From positions 1 to 52,665 of IMG/VR virus record IMGVR_UViG_3300018420_000025: DNA of 52,665 bases; one strand, written 5' to 3'. The notes under the pieces were generated by a model. The model made no database searches. It had not been told where the DNA came from and worked only from the letters and a program-made list of their open reading frames with translations. The DNA is from a virus (lineage: Duplodnaviria > Caudoviricetes). Each line of letters starts with the position of its first letter. Position 1 is the first letter of the stretch. Positions 1-9,019 of this stretch are shown here, piece by piece. Both the position numbers and the translations under genes were made by a program.

Positions 1-1668
1 ATGCGATCGCTACAGTTCAGCGGAAAGCCGATTGAAATTAGTCCAAACCGTTTATACAACTGTAGCTACCTTCCTATCGACCACACTGATAGTTTTAGTG
101 AGTGTATGTTCCTTTTGCTATCTGGTTGCGGTGTTGGTTATAGCGTTCAAAAGCATCATGTAAAAAAGCTACCACATATAACTAAACCATTTAAAGGTAG
201 AACTAGAAGGTTTGTTATTGGCGATAGTATTGAAGGTTGGTCTGATTCAATAAAAGTTTTAATTAAGTCTTATTTAGGCTCTAAGAGATCATCTAAGATA
301 AAGTTTGACTTTTCTGATATTAGACCAAAGGGAGCTAGGCTTGTAACCTCTGGCGGTAAAGCACCAGGACCACAACCGTTAAAAGAGTGTTTAGTAAAAA
401 TTAAAGGTATATTAGAAAATCAAAACGATGGAGAACAATTATCAACACTTGATGTTCATGATATTATTTGTCATATTGCTGATGCTGTGCTTGCTGGTGG
501 TATTCGCCGGGCGGCTCTTATAAGTTTGTTTTCAGCTTATGACGAAGAAATGATTGCTTGTAAATCAGGTAATTGGTGGGAGACAAACCCACAAAGAGGT
601 AGGGCTAATAACTCTGCTGTATTAATGAGACATAAAATAACAAAGGAATTTTTCTTAGATCTGTGGAAACGTATTGAATTATCCGGAGCTGGTGAGCCTG
701 GCATATATTTTAATCACGATAAAGACTGGGGTACTAACCCTTGTTGTGAGATAGCTTTAAGGCCATATCAGTTCTGTAACTTGTGCGAAGTTAATGTAAG
801 TGACGTCACAAGCCAAGAAGATCTTAACAGTCGGGTTAAAGCTGCAGCCTTCATTGGCACGCTTCAAGCAGGTTATACGGAATTCCACTATCTAAGAGAA
901 ATATGGCAAGAAACAACAGAACGAGATGCGCTTATAGGTGTGTCCATGACAGGGATCGGGAGTGCCGCTGTGCTCCAGCTGGATATGAAGGCCGCTGCAA
1001 GTATCGTAAAACGAGAAAACACCCGGGTTTCAAAGTTGATAGGTATAAACAAAGCAGCACGTACAACCTGCATCAAACCAGCAGGGACTACGTCGCTAGT
1101 GCTGGGTACTTCATCAGGCATACATGCTTGGCACAACGACTATTATATAAGAAGATTAAGGGTAGGTAAAAACGAGTCTATATATAATTATCTGGTTAAA
1201 AACCACCCTGAACTTGTAGAAGATGAATATTTTAGACCACACGACACTGCTGTTATTGAGATACCACAATCAGCACCAAAAGGTTCTATATTAAGAACTG
1301 AGTCTGCTTTTGACTTATTAGAACGAGTTAAAAAAGTTGCTACCGAATGGGTTAAACCAGGTCATAGAGCTGGATCAAATACTCACAATGTGTCTGCAAC
1401 AATTAGTTTAAAAGCTGATGACTGGGAAAAGGCTGGTAAATGGATGTGGGATAACAGAAAATGTTACAATGGTTTATCTGTATTACCTTATGATGGTGGT
1501 ACATATACTCAAGCTCCTTTTGAAGATATAACTAAAAAAGAGTTTGATAAGTTAGTTAAACACTTACAAGATGTAAATTTACAAAATGTAGTTGAAGAAA
1601 CTGACGAGACTGATCTATCTGGTGAATTAGCTTGCGCTGGTGGATCTTGTGAAATAACAAGCTTATAA
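1..1668 (+). CDS. nrdJ: Class II (adenosylcobalamin-dependent) ribonucleotide reductase, monomeric RTPR type; 5'-truncated by the window edge
   Basis: YNCSY, GGIRRAA, TNPCCEI (NPCxE active site), CNLCE, KPAGT and C-terminal ACAGGSC redox pair; MRSLQF is normally internal, so the true start lies upstream. Confidence 0.93.
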   Translation: MRSLQFSGKPIEISPNRLYNCSYLPIDHTDSFSECMFLLLSGCGVGYSVQKHHVKKLPHITKPFKGRTRRFVIGDSIEGWSDSIKVLIKSYLGSKRSSKIKFDFSDIRPKGARLVTSGGKAPGPQPLKECLVKIKGILENQNDGEQLSTLDVHDIICHIADAVLAGGIRRAALISLFSAYDEEMIACKSGNWWETNPQRGRANNSAVLMRHKITKEFFLDLWKRIELSGAGEPGIYFNHDKDWGTNPCCEIALRPYQFCNLCEVNVSDVTSQEDLNSRVKAAAFIGTLQAGYTEFHYLREIWQETTERDALIGVSMTGIGSAAVLQLDMKAAASIVKRENTRVSKLIGINKAARTTCIKPAGTTSLVLGTSSGIHAWHNDYYIRRLRVGKNESIYNYLVKNHPELVEDEYFRPHDTAVIEIPQSAPKGSILRTESAFDLLERVKKVATEWVKPGHRAGSNTHNVSATISLKADDWEKAGKWMWDNRKCYNGLSVLPYDGGTYTQAPFEDITKKEFDKLVKHLQDVNLQNVVEETDETDLSGELACAGGSCEITSL

Positions 1669-1682
1669 CTAAAACAATTATT

Positions 1683-2102
1683 ATGAACAAATTATTTTTA
1701 ACTATAGCTCTAGCTTTTATTACCAGTATAGCTTCAGCTCAGTTTTCTGTATTAACTACTTTTAACGAAGGAGTTGATTCAACATGGAACGTTACAGATA
1801 AATTAGGTATTAGTTACCAAGTAAACGATAAGCTATTAGTAGCTGTAACTAAAGATGGTGACGATGCTTATGAATTATTAGGACGTTATGATGTACACGA
1901 AGGAGTTTGGGCTACATGTATATATAACAGTTATGAAGATGAGTTAGCTGAAATAAAAGATAGGTTAGATATAGGCGTAGGTTATTCTTACTGTTTATGG
2001 AAAGCTCTTAATATTGAACCTTATTTTACAATGCCATTAAGTAAAAACGATGATGGTGAAAGAGAAGGTGAGTTTAAATTAGGAGTATCGTATAAATTTT
2101 AA
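1683..2102 (+). CDS. Small outer-membrane beta-barrel protein with signal peptide
   Basis: Signal peptide MNKLFLTIALAFITSIASA|Q; alternating amphipathic strands; C-terminal beta-signal FKLGVSYKF. Confidence 0.7.
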   Translation: MNKLFLTIALAFITSIASAQFSVLTTFNEGVDSTWNVTDKLGISYQVNDKLLVAVTKDGDDAYELLGRYDVHEGVWATCIYNSYEDELAEIKDRLDIGVGYSYCLWKALNIEPYFTMPLSKNDDGEREGEFKLGVSYKF

Positions 2103-2122
2103 CATCATATTATTAAATAAAT

Positions 2123-2149
2123 AAAGGGAGCTTTCGCTCCCTTTTTTTT
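2123..2149. terminator. Intrinsic terminator between convergent transcription units, probably bidirectional
   Basis: AAAGGGAGC-TTTC-GCTCCCTTT hairpin followed by T8 on +, with an A-rich flank giving a weaker U-tract on -. Confidence 0.85.
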
Positions 2150-2164
2150 ATAACTAAATATTTG

Positions 2165-2641
2165 TTATGCAACAACAGAAGCTACAAATACTTCCATTTG
2201 TACAGCAGCAGCTGCTGAATCAGCAATAATAGACTCTAAATTATTTAGTGTAGTTATTATAGTAGCCGCATCATCATCAACAGCAATACCATCGCTCGGT
2301 GATCCCATAATAAAACTTTTACCAGCTTCTAATAGTATAGTAGCTGAAGCATCTGCCGCGGAATCATCTTCATCAACATCAACCTGTAGTGATAAGTTTA
2401 TAGGATTACTACTATCAAGATTTGTGCATCTAATATACTTTACGTTTTCTACGTCAAGAGAAGAATCAGAAGCACCAACTGTAGCATGAAAATTTACTAA
2501 CGTAGTATCAGTATTAGCTGGTACTGTTATAATTCTATGATAAACATCATCAACACCAGCTACAGTCAGCGTGTTTGTTGATCCTCTAGCCGCGCCGTTT
2601 AATGTGACGCTTTCTGTAATTGTAACCGTTAAGTCTGCCAT
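2165..2641 (-). CDS. Small beta-rich putative virion protein (paralog family A)
   Basis: 158 aa, Thr/Ala/Asp-rich; MADLTVTITES..., YIRCTNLD, LLEAGKSFIM align by eye with 3466-3867 and 3894-4286. Confidence 0.55.
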   Translation of the reverse strand: MADLTVTITESVTLNGAARGSTNTLTVAGVDDVYHRIITVPANTDTTLVNFHATVGASDSSLDVENVKYIRCTNLDSSNPINLSLQVDVDEDDSAADASATILLEAGKSFIMGSPSDGIAVDDDAATIITTLNNLESIIADSAAAAVQMEVFVASVVA

Positions 2642-2651
2642 ATTTGTTTTT

Positions 2652-3107
2652 TTATATTACTTTGTATTTTGTTTTACCATCTTTTCGATAAGCTTTTAAA
2701 CATCTATTTCTGTTTTTATCAGGTGATACATAACTAATATGCACCCAGTCAGGATTATCATTATTACCAAACTCCCATATCATTTGATCAAAGTCTAAGT
2801 TTTCTTTTATCCACCAATACATCTCAGCGTTCGTAGCCTTACCGTATGTATCGTCTATATCAATAGCTTGACCTTTACAATGTTGTGATTTAGTTGAACC
2901 ACCAATAGCTTTATTTAAATCAGGTGATCTAAAAAAGCTATTAACTTTTATTGGTCCATTTATAAATATCCTAAGCGGTTCGAACACTTTTTCGGCAACA
3001 AGCTTCATATTCGCTAACTGCTCTTCATTGGGTTCATTGTCTATGCCTTTACGTATAGCTGTTATACTATGTATACCTTCTTTATATGAAATATGTTTAC
3101 TAATCAT
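2652..3107 (-). CDS. Peptidase M15 family Zn peptidase, probable endolysin
   Basis: SFFRSPDLNKAIGG, SQHCKGQAIDI (H-x6-D) and WVHIS motifs. Confidence 0.88.
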   Translation of the reverse strand: MISKHISYKEGIHSITAIRKGIDNEPNEEQLANMKLVAEKVFEPLRIFINGPIKVNSFFRSPDLNKAIGGSTKSQHCKGQAIDIDDTYGKATNAEMYWWIKENLDFDQMIWEFGNNDNPDWVHISYVSPDKNRNRCLKAYRKDGKTKYKVI

Positions 3108-3454
3108 GTGCTTATTATTACGTCTACATCTTTATTACTAGTACTTATTCTTAAAAAAAGACTATCGTTTCCAACTGTTGTTTTTAAGTTTATATCTTTC
3201 ATATCTACAAAAAAACGAGTACCATGAGTAATAGTGTGGTCTTTTATAATAAAAAACTCACTTCCATTGTTGTTTATAAATAAAGAAACATCAACGTCAC
3301 CACTAGCAGCAGAGTTAGCAATATTAATAGATTTTAATTTAGGAGCATTAGCACCAGCTTGTATTATCTCAAAATCTTCAGGCGCACTACTAGTAGTATG
3401 CTTCTGTAATCTTTCAAGTTTTACGCCCGGCGAAGGTAATGGTTGCGGTGCCAT
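3104..3454 (-). CDS. Hypothetical beta-rich protein, possibly a distant member of family A
   Basis: 116 aa; ATGA overlap with the endolysin; SINIANS...VSLFI...ITHGTRFFVD strand pattern. Confidence 0.55.
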   Translation of the reverse strand: MAPQPLPSPGVKLERLQKHTTSSAPEDFEIIQAGANAPKLKSINIANSAASGDVDVSLFINNNGSEFFIIKDHTITHGTRFFVDMKDINLKTTVGNDSLFLRISTSNKDVDVIIST

Positions 3455-3465
3455 TTATATAACTA

Positions 3466-3867
3466 TTAAGCCGCTTGATATATAATTACGTATTCTAACT
3501 CCATATTAGTTGTGCTAGAACTTATATCAATATCTTCTTCACCTTCATAAGGTATGAATAAGTAATCACCACCATATAATCTACCTATAACACTATTACC
3601 ACTAGCTATAGTTACAGTAAAATAATCAGTTGTAGAAGTACCTACATTTTTAATAAATACTCTAGCGTGAGTGTTATCATCATAATCACCTGCACTTATA
3701 AGAGTAGTATCACTTTGAGCAGCTGCGTATTTTCTTCTTTCGTGTTTTTGTTGATCTAATCCTATAGTAGTTCCTGCTTTATAAAGCGTAGAGCTAGAAG
3801 ATATAGACAAAGAGTTGCTGGAAAGATCAGAACTGCTAAGTGTTAAAGTTGCTGTTGTTGTTGCCAT
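3466..3867 (-). CDS. Small beta-rich putative virion protein (paralog family A)
   Basis: MATTTATLTLSSSD N-terminus, VFIKN, GRLYGGDYLFIP. Confidence 0.6.
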   Translation of the reverse strand: MATTTATLTLSSSDLSSNSLSISSSSTLYKAGTTIGLDQQKHERRKYAAAQSDTTLISAGDYDDNTHARVFIKNVGTSTTDYFTVTIASGNSVIGRLYGGDYLFIPYEGEEDIDISSSTTNMELEYVIIYQAA

Positions 3868-3893
3868 TTGTTATTATTGTTTTAATTGTTAAT

Positions 3894-4286
3894 TTATCCT
3901 TTTGTAAAATAAGCATATTCTGCTACAATAGTACCAGATGTTGCTTCTAGTTGTACGGCTACACTACCTGAGTTTTGTCCAACAGGTACAAATAAAAACT
4001 CTTCAGCAGCTAATTCAGAAAATGATTTACCATTTTCTATTTCTACTTGTAGTGTTTGTGAAGTACCAACATCACTAGCGTCTTTACCAGTGTGTCTTAA
4101 AAACAAGTACCTATTACTACTATGTGATGGTAATATTATTGTGTTACCACCTGTTGTATCTGCAGCTATTTTACTTAATCCTACTTGAGGATCAGTAATT
4201 GTTAAGCTGTCTGTTACTGTAAAATCTATTACATCGCTAGCTGCGTCTGTACTTGATAATGTTAATGTTGCTGTTAATGTAGCCAT
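3894..4286 (-). CDS. Small beta-rich putative virion protein (paralog family A)
   Basis: MATLTATLTLSSTD N-terminus, LFLRH, SELAAEEFLFVP. Confidence 0.6.
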   Translation of the reverse strand: MATLTATLTLSSTDAASDVIDFTVTDSLTITDPQVGLSKIAADTTGGNTIILPSHSSNRYLFLRHTGKDASDVGTSQTLQVEIENGKSFSELAAEEFLFVPVGQNSGSVAVQLEATSGTIVAEYAYFTKG

Positions 4287-4288
4287 AT

Positions 4289-6151
4289 TTATTTATTTAT
4301 TAATTTTTCTACAGTACCGTCATCGTATATGTAGAGTAAAAGTTTATTTTTATTTATTATTGCAGGTCTACCTAGTAGATCTGTTATCATTAGTAGTTTT
4401 TTATTACCTCGCTTAAATAATGGTCCTGACCAACCATTAAAACAGTGGTCATATGTAGCCTGACATATTGTGTCCCACTCGTTTTCACAGCAATAATTAT
4501 CTACGCTTATAACCCATGAGTAACACTCATCGTTTAACCAATAAGGATTACCAGGTCCTGTTATACACTCCGCCGCATACAAGCAGGAAGCTGGATCGTC
4601 AACGTTAGCGGTAACATCATAATTGTACGCACCGTTATCCATACATCCATAAACCACTTCAATACACGAACCATTATCAGTATTAGCCAGCGAATCATAG
4701 TTAAGAGCAGTGCTATCCATGCAACCATAAATATAATCAATACAGCTAAAATCTTCTGTGTTTGCTTCCGGGTTGTAGTTAAGCATGCTAGGATCAGTAC
4801 AACCGTAAATGTAAGGCACGCAAGAATTATTGTCTGCATTTGCTAGTGGATTAAAGTTAAACATTGTTGAGTCTGTACAGCCAAACACGTAAGGCAAACA
4901 ACTACCATCATCAGCGTTAGCTAACGGATTATAGTTAAACATTGTTGGATCAGTGCATCCATACAAAAATGCTATACACGTATCAGCCGTATTAGCGTTG
5001 GGGTTGTAGTTATAAGCAAGTGGCTGCATACACCCGTATATAACCGGTATACAACCGCCGTTATCTATATTAGCGGTAGTATCATAATTAAAAGCTGTTG
5101 AATCAGTACAACCCCATATAGCTAAAGTATTACAACTACCATCGTTATAGTCAGCTGTAAAACCTTGCGTATAATATTCTAAATAACCAGAGTTAGTACA
5201 ACCTGGCGCATAATAACAACTACCGTCGTCTGTGTTAACTGTATCTATATAGTTTACTGCTAAACTATCCATACAGCCAAATGTTTTTTCTACGCACAAG
5301 TTACCACAATATGTTGGTGTTTTATATTTATACATTGGTTGTATAAATGGTGGTAACACTTCTATTATTATATTACCTAGTGGATTAGTAAGTTTAAATC
5401 CACAATGTGGTGTTGTTAACTGTGCTTGTGCTGTTACATAAAACCTAAACTCTACTGTTTGTGGTGCGTTTAAATTTATTGTAAAGTCTTTTGTGTAAGC
5501 AGTTGTATCTAAATAAAACTGCTGTACGTTTGTATCTTGTGTTACTTCTAAGTAAGAACCTACCCAACCATCACCTATTAAATCATATAGTGTTAAGGTA
5601 AAATCACAGTTAGGTACTAAAGCCATAGTGTTGGCTAATGAGTCGTAATTGTACATTGTTGAATCAGTACAACCAAAAACTCGCAGAGTAGTGCATGAAC
5701 CGTCATCTGTATCAGCTAGAGGATTAAACTCTATGTACATCGGATCCATGCACCCCGGTATGGGAGGACAACCATCTGATACAAATACATGTATTGAGTC
5801 ATTACCAAAAGCTGGATCATCACCATATACTAGTGTATCATTACATTGTATAACATAATATGAACCATCTAAACCACCCCAGAGCGCTCCGTTTAGCCCA
5901 TCACCGTATGAATCATATATAATAAACGTTAGATCGCCTTCTGGTAAGCATCTCTGCTCCACTACTGAAGCATAATCAGGTTGAGAACCATAACCAACAC
6001 CGTAAGTTAATAACGCACCAGAAGTATCGTAAATACCCCAACTAGTTTCACTTTGATATTGATCTAAATTTATTACAATAGTAGTTGGTACACAATTTGG
6101 CTGTGCAAACGTTATTATTGGTAATAAAACTAATAATAAAATTCTAATCAT
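4289..6151 (-). CDS. Secreted Cys-rich repeat protein with T9SS-like C-terminal sorting domain
   Basis: Start placed at 6151 (ATGA overlap with upstream stop) gives signal peptide MIRILLLVLLPIITFA|Q; 11 GC[TM]x...NY...A..DDGSC repeats; C-terminus ITDLLGR...LLYIYDDGTVEKLINK. Confidence 0.75.
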   Translation of the reverse strand: MIRILLLVLLPIITFAQPNCVPTTIVINLDQYQSETSWGIYDTSGALLTYGVGYGSQPDYASVVEQRCLPEGDLTFIIYDSYGDGLNGALWGGLDGSYYVIQCNDTLVYGDDPAFGNDSIHVFVSDGCPPIPGCMDPMYIEFNPLADTDDGSCTTLRVFGCTDSTMYNYDSLANTMALVPNCDFTLTLYDLIGDGWVGSYLEVTQDTNVQQFYLDTTAYTKDFTINLNAPQTVEFRFYVTAQAQLTTPHCGFKLTNPLGNIIIEVLPPFIQPMYKYKTPTYCGNLCVEKTFGCMDSLAVNYIDTVNTDDGSCYYAPGCTNSGYLEYYTQGFTADYNDGSCNTLAIWGCTDSTAFNYDTTANIDNGGCIPVIYGCMQPLAYNYNPNANTADTCIAFLYGCTDPTMFNYNPLANADDGSCLPYVFGCTDSTMFNFNPLANADNNSCVPYIYGCTDPSMLNYNPEANTEDFSCIDYIYGCMDSTALNYDSLANTDNGSCIEVVYGCMDNGAYNYDVTANVDDPASCLYAAECITGPGNPYWLNDECYSWVISVDNYCCENEWDTICQATYDHCFNGWSGPLFKRGNKKLLMITDLLGRPAIINKNKLLLYIYDDGTVEKLINK

Positions 6152-6426
6152 TTTTCTCCACATTTTTTCTTTGGATTATTCACCTGTCTCCAGTCTTCTT
6201 TCTGAAACCAGTCGCGTAATGTAGCACCTTTTTTACGAGCACCTTTTACGTTTGTTTTTGAAGAACGTCTATATTTACCAGCTTTACCAGACTTTTGTTT
6301 AGCAGCAACTAAACGTTGTCTTTCTTTTTTGCTCATACTAGCAATTTTAGCGGCAGGTAAACACGTTTTACGCGTACCGCCGCCTTTTTGCTTTTTCTTT
6401 ATAGGATTGTTCTTCTGAACGTACAC
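6148..6426 (-). CDS. Small basic protein
   Basis: 92 aa, K/R-rich, CLPAAK and LRDWFQKEDW motifs, tightly packed with neighbours. Confidence 0.7.
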   Translation of the reverse strand: MYVQKNNPIKKKQKGGGTRKTCLPAAKIASMSKKERQRLVAAKQKSGKAGKYRRSSKTNVKGARKKGATLRDWFQKEDWRQVNNPKKKCGEK

Positions 6427-6428
6427 TA

Positions 6429-6767
6429 TTACTTCTTTTTCATTTTCATACCAGCAGCTTTCTTCATCATCATAGCTGCTTTCTTCATCATCATACCTGA
6501 TTTTTTAAGTTTCATAGCCGACTCTTTCTTAAGTTTCATAGCAGCTTTTTTCATAGTTGCAGCTGAGTCTTTCATTTTTTTCATTTTCATAGCTGAAGCT
6601 TTTTTCATTTTCATTGCAGCTTTTTTCATTTTAGTAGCGGCCATATCATTTTTACCTTTACCATCTACAGCAAAATCAGGAACCATTTTACCATCAGGTC
6701 CTTTTACCATTTTCATTTTGTTTTTAGCTGGTGACTTTTTAGCCATTTTTGTTGGTGCTTTTTTCAT
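6429..6767 (-). CDS. Lys/Met/Ala-rich low-complexity basic protein (histone H1-like composition)
   Basis: About nine AAMKMKK-like repeats; 1-2 nt gaps to both neighbours. Confidence 0.7.
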   Translation of the reverse strand: MKKAPTKMAKKSPAKNKMKMVKGPDGKMVPDFAVDGKGKNDMAATKMKKAAMKMKKASAMKMKKMKDSAATMKKAAMKLKKESAMKLKKSGMMMKKAAMMMKKAAGMKMKKK

Positions 6768-6768
6768 T

Positions 6769-7296
6769 TTAAATATTTTTATTTTTTATAAAGTTAAACA
6801 TTGAGTTACCTAAGTCTTCGCCCATTTTACTATCAGACTTATAGTGAGCGTGGGCAACTCGTCTACTATAAGATATATTTTTAGCAGTCTGCATAAACGC
6901 TGACTTACCATATTTCATTTTTAACACATTACCTATTAACATACCTTGTACTGAGTGGCCTGATGGATATGATGGTGTTTTCATAGACTTCATTACAAAA
7001 GCAGATAAATTTTTATCTAACTCGTATGGTCTAGGTCTATTATGATATTTCTTTAGCTTTAATATCACAGGTGCTGACTCTTTTATAAGCTTTTTAGCTA
7101 TACTTTTATCATAATCTTCTACACCTTGCTCTTTAGCTGTTTTAGCAAAAGCAGATTCTATATTATCAAACTTTTTAACAAAGTCTTTTTTTAAAGGTAT
7201 TTTTTTAAGCTCATTTATTTCTGTTCGAGTAGTATAACCACTATCAACCGGTGGTTTTCTTTTTTTAAATGGCTTTATATCAAAATCTTTAAACAT
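6769..7296 (-). CDS. Soluble PAP2 / vanadium-haloperoxidase superfamily phosphatase
   Basis: All three motifs present: K-x6-RP (KKYHNRPRP), PSGH (SYPSGHS), SR-x5-H-x3-D (SRRVAHAHYKSD). Confidence 0.85.
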   Translation of the reverse strand: MFKDFDIKPFKKRKPPVDSGYTTRTEINELKKIPLKKDFVKKFDNIESAFAKTAKEQGVEDYDKSIAKKLIKESAPVILKLKKYHNRPRPYELDKNLSAFVMKSMKTPSYPSGHSVQGMLIGNVLKMKYGKSAFMQTAKNISYSRRVAHAHYKSDSKMGEDLGNSMFNFIKNKNI

Positions 7297-7654
7297 TTTT
7301 TCTTGCTTTTCTTATTGCTTCTTTGCCTCTTCTAAATATAGCAGCAACCTCTGTTTTTTTCATTACCTTTGCTCTTTGTTCTCCTACAGTTAATATTTGT
7401 ATCTTACGTGCGTAAGGCTTATTTATTCTTTTAACTTTAGCTACGGTTGCTCTAGCATCACTAGGAGTTGCAAATTTAATGCTTACAGTATCTTTTGGAT
7501 TTTCATCTGTATATAAACGTCTACCGCTACCTTTAGGTTTTTTACCTGTACCTTTTATAGGATCTTTACGCTTAGCAATAGGTGAAGCTTTTACACAACT
7601 ACCTTTGCTAAATCTAGTAGTACCTGGTTTTCTTTTATACCCTTTCCAACACAT
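7289..7654 (-). CDS. Small basic protein
   Basis: 121 aa, CWKGY and GSGRRLYTDENPKDTV segments, overlaps both neighbours. Confidence 0.7.
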   Translation of the reverse strand: MCWKGYKRKPGTTRFSKGSCVKASPIAKRKDPIKGTGKKPKGSGRRLYTDENPKDTVSIKFATPSDARATVAKVKRINKPYARKIQILTVGEQRAKVMKKTEVAAIFRRGKEAIRKARKNV

Positions 7655-7824
7655 TATTTTCTTCTTTTAGCAGTATGCATGTTAATAAACCAATTAGCTA
7701 GCTGCTTGTCTCTAGCTGTAGCTCCTTTTCTAGCTTTTAATTTTCTAGCTTTAGTGACTGTTACATCACCACCAAATAGTTTAGATATTCTAGCCTTTAA
7801 TACACCTCTATACGCTTTGCTCAT
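7654..7824 (-). CDS. Small basic protein, 56 aa (absent from ORF track)
   Basis: Hand translation MSKAYRGVLKARISKLFGGDVTVTKARKLKARKGATARDKQLANWFINMHTAKRRK; ATGA and TAATG overlaps fill the gap exactly. Confidence 0.75.
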   Translation of the reverse strand: MSKAYRGVLKARISKLFGGDVTVTKARKLKARKGATARDKQLANWFINMHTAKRRK

Positions 7825-8087
7825 GCTTTATCTTTACCAAAACGTTTTCTAACTATATCTTGAGTTTTTCTCATTTTAGCAGCATAGCTAGGATTTTTTT
7901 TACGATTAAAAACTATTTGTTGATTTAAACTAGCTATTGATTTAGCTAAAGTTTTACGCGTTTTTATTATAAACGTAGCTAATGCCGATGGTGATAACGT
8001 TTTAAATTTACCTTTAGCATCTGGTGCGTCTGAGTGTTTAAAATCACCCATACGTTTTTTAAACGGATTATTATTTTGGCTGTACAT
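7821..8087 (-). CDS. Small basic protein
   Basis: 88 aa, N-terminus MYSQNNNPFKK similar to that of 6148-6426. Confidence 0.7.
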   Translation of the reverse strand: MYSQNNNPFKKRMGDFKHSDAPDAKGKFKTLSPSALATFIIKTRKTLAKSIASLNQQIVFNRKKNPSYAAKMRKTQDIVRKRFGKDKA

Positions 8088-8254
8088 TATTTTTTCTTCT
8101 TACCGCCACCAAATTTACTTGGCCCACCGGCTCTAGTACATCTTACACCCCAACCAGAAGCATAAGCACTAGGCCATACTTTAAACTTACGTTTAGCAGC
8201 AGCTTTACACGCTGCAGATATTTTTTTTAATGCTGAGCTTTTTTTTATTTCCAT
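8087..8254 (-). CDS. Small basic protein, 55 aa (absent from ORF track)
   Basis: Hand translation MEIKKSSALKKISAACKAAAKRKFKVWPSAYASGWGVRCTRAGGPSKFGGGKKKK; TAATG overlap with next gene. Confidence 0.75.
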   Translation of the reverse strand: MEIKKSSALKKISAACKAAAKRKFKVWPSAYASGWGVRCTRAGGPSKFGGGKKKK

Positions 8255-8264
8255 AATTTATTTT

Positions 8265-8654
8265 TTAACATCTCCATCTACGTCTAGCAGCTTTACCTCT
8301 TTCACCTGTCCAGTTTTTTGATCTAGCACAAAATGATTTTCTACGTTTAGCTGCTTTACTACCTGGTTTTACTTTACCTGTTACTGCTGTTTTTAATTTA
8401 CTACCTGGGTTTTTTCTTCTATATTCAGCAACACCTTTAGCTGTCATACCAGCACCTTCTTTAACTGTTCTAAAGTTACGATTTTTACCTTTAGTTGTTT
8501 TTCTAGGTTCGTTGCTCTTTTTTCTTTTAAATAATGGCGACCCATCATTTCTACGTCTACCACAACTAGTTACTGGCATAGGATTACCCTTCTGTATATA
8601 TTGTTTTACAGGTGATGCTTCAAACATGTTATTTTGTCTTTCGCTTCCAGGCAT
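8265..8654 (-). CDS. Small basic protein
   Basis: 129 aa, GMTAKGVAEYRRKNPGSKLK...RRKSFCARS segment. Confidence 0.72.
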   Translation of the reverse strand: MPGSERQNNMFEASPVKQYIQKGNPMPVTSCGRRRNDGSPLFKRKKSNEPRKTTKGKNRNFRTVKEGAGMTAKGVAEYRRKNPGSKLKTAVTGKVKPGSKAAKRRKSFCARSKNWTGERGKAARRRWRC

Positions 8655-8656
8655 AA

Positions 8657-9019
8657 TTAAAAGTCACTCATTAATTGATTATCTATTTCTTCTTGTACCT
8701 CTTCTCTAGTTGCTACCATTTTAAATGATAAGTCTGCTTGAAACCTAGCAACTTCTTCACCGTCTTTAAATATAATAATAGTAGGTACTACAGCTATTTT
8801 ATATTTTGTTTGCGCTTCTGTATTTTTAGCTACATCAACATAGCCTATTGTTTTACAGTCTTCTAGATCATGTACCCAGCCGATATCGTTAGCACTATTC
8901 CAAGCAGCATTAAACTGTTTAACTTCTATTTGACTATAAGCTGTGCTAGCAAGAAACACAAATACCATTATAAATATATACATAATGTATTGTGGCCAAG
9001 CTATTTCTTGTTCTTCCAT
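8657..9019 (-). CDS. Exported thioredoxin-fold protein lacking CxxC
   Basis: Hydrophobic signal ending TAYS|Q; QFNAAWNSAN at the FxAxWCxxC position; VVPTIIIFKDGEEVARF cis-Pro region. Confidence 0.72.
   Translation of the reverse strand: MEEQEIAWPQYIMYIFIMVFVFLASTAYSQIEVKQFNAAWNSANDIGWVHDLEDCKTIGYVDVAKNTEAQTKYKIAVVPTIIIFKDGEEVARFQADLSFKMVATREEVQEEIDNQLMSDF

Noticed and set aside
4580-5760. Periodic repeats as a CRISPR array or DGR template/variable repeats
   Set aside because: Repeats are in-frame protein repeats with synonymous divergence, not identical DNA repeats with spacers; no RT or cas genes
6152-6163. ORF-track start at 6163 for the secreted repeat protein
   Set aside because: ATG at 6151 overlaps the upstream stop (ATGA) and gives a cleaner signal peptide
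6388-6804. Plus-strand 138-aa Phe/Ile-rich ORF resembling a membrane protein
   Set aside because: Antisense shadow of the AAA/ATG-rich Lys/Met repeat gene
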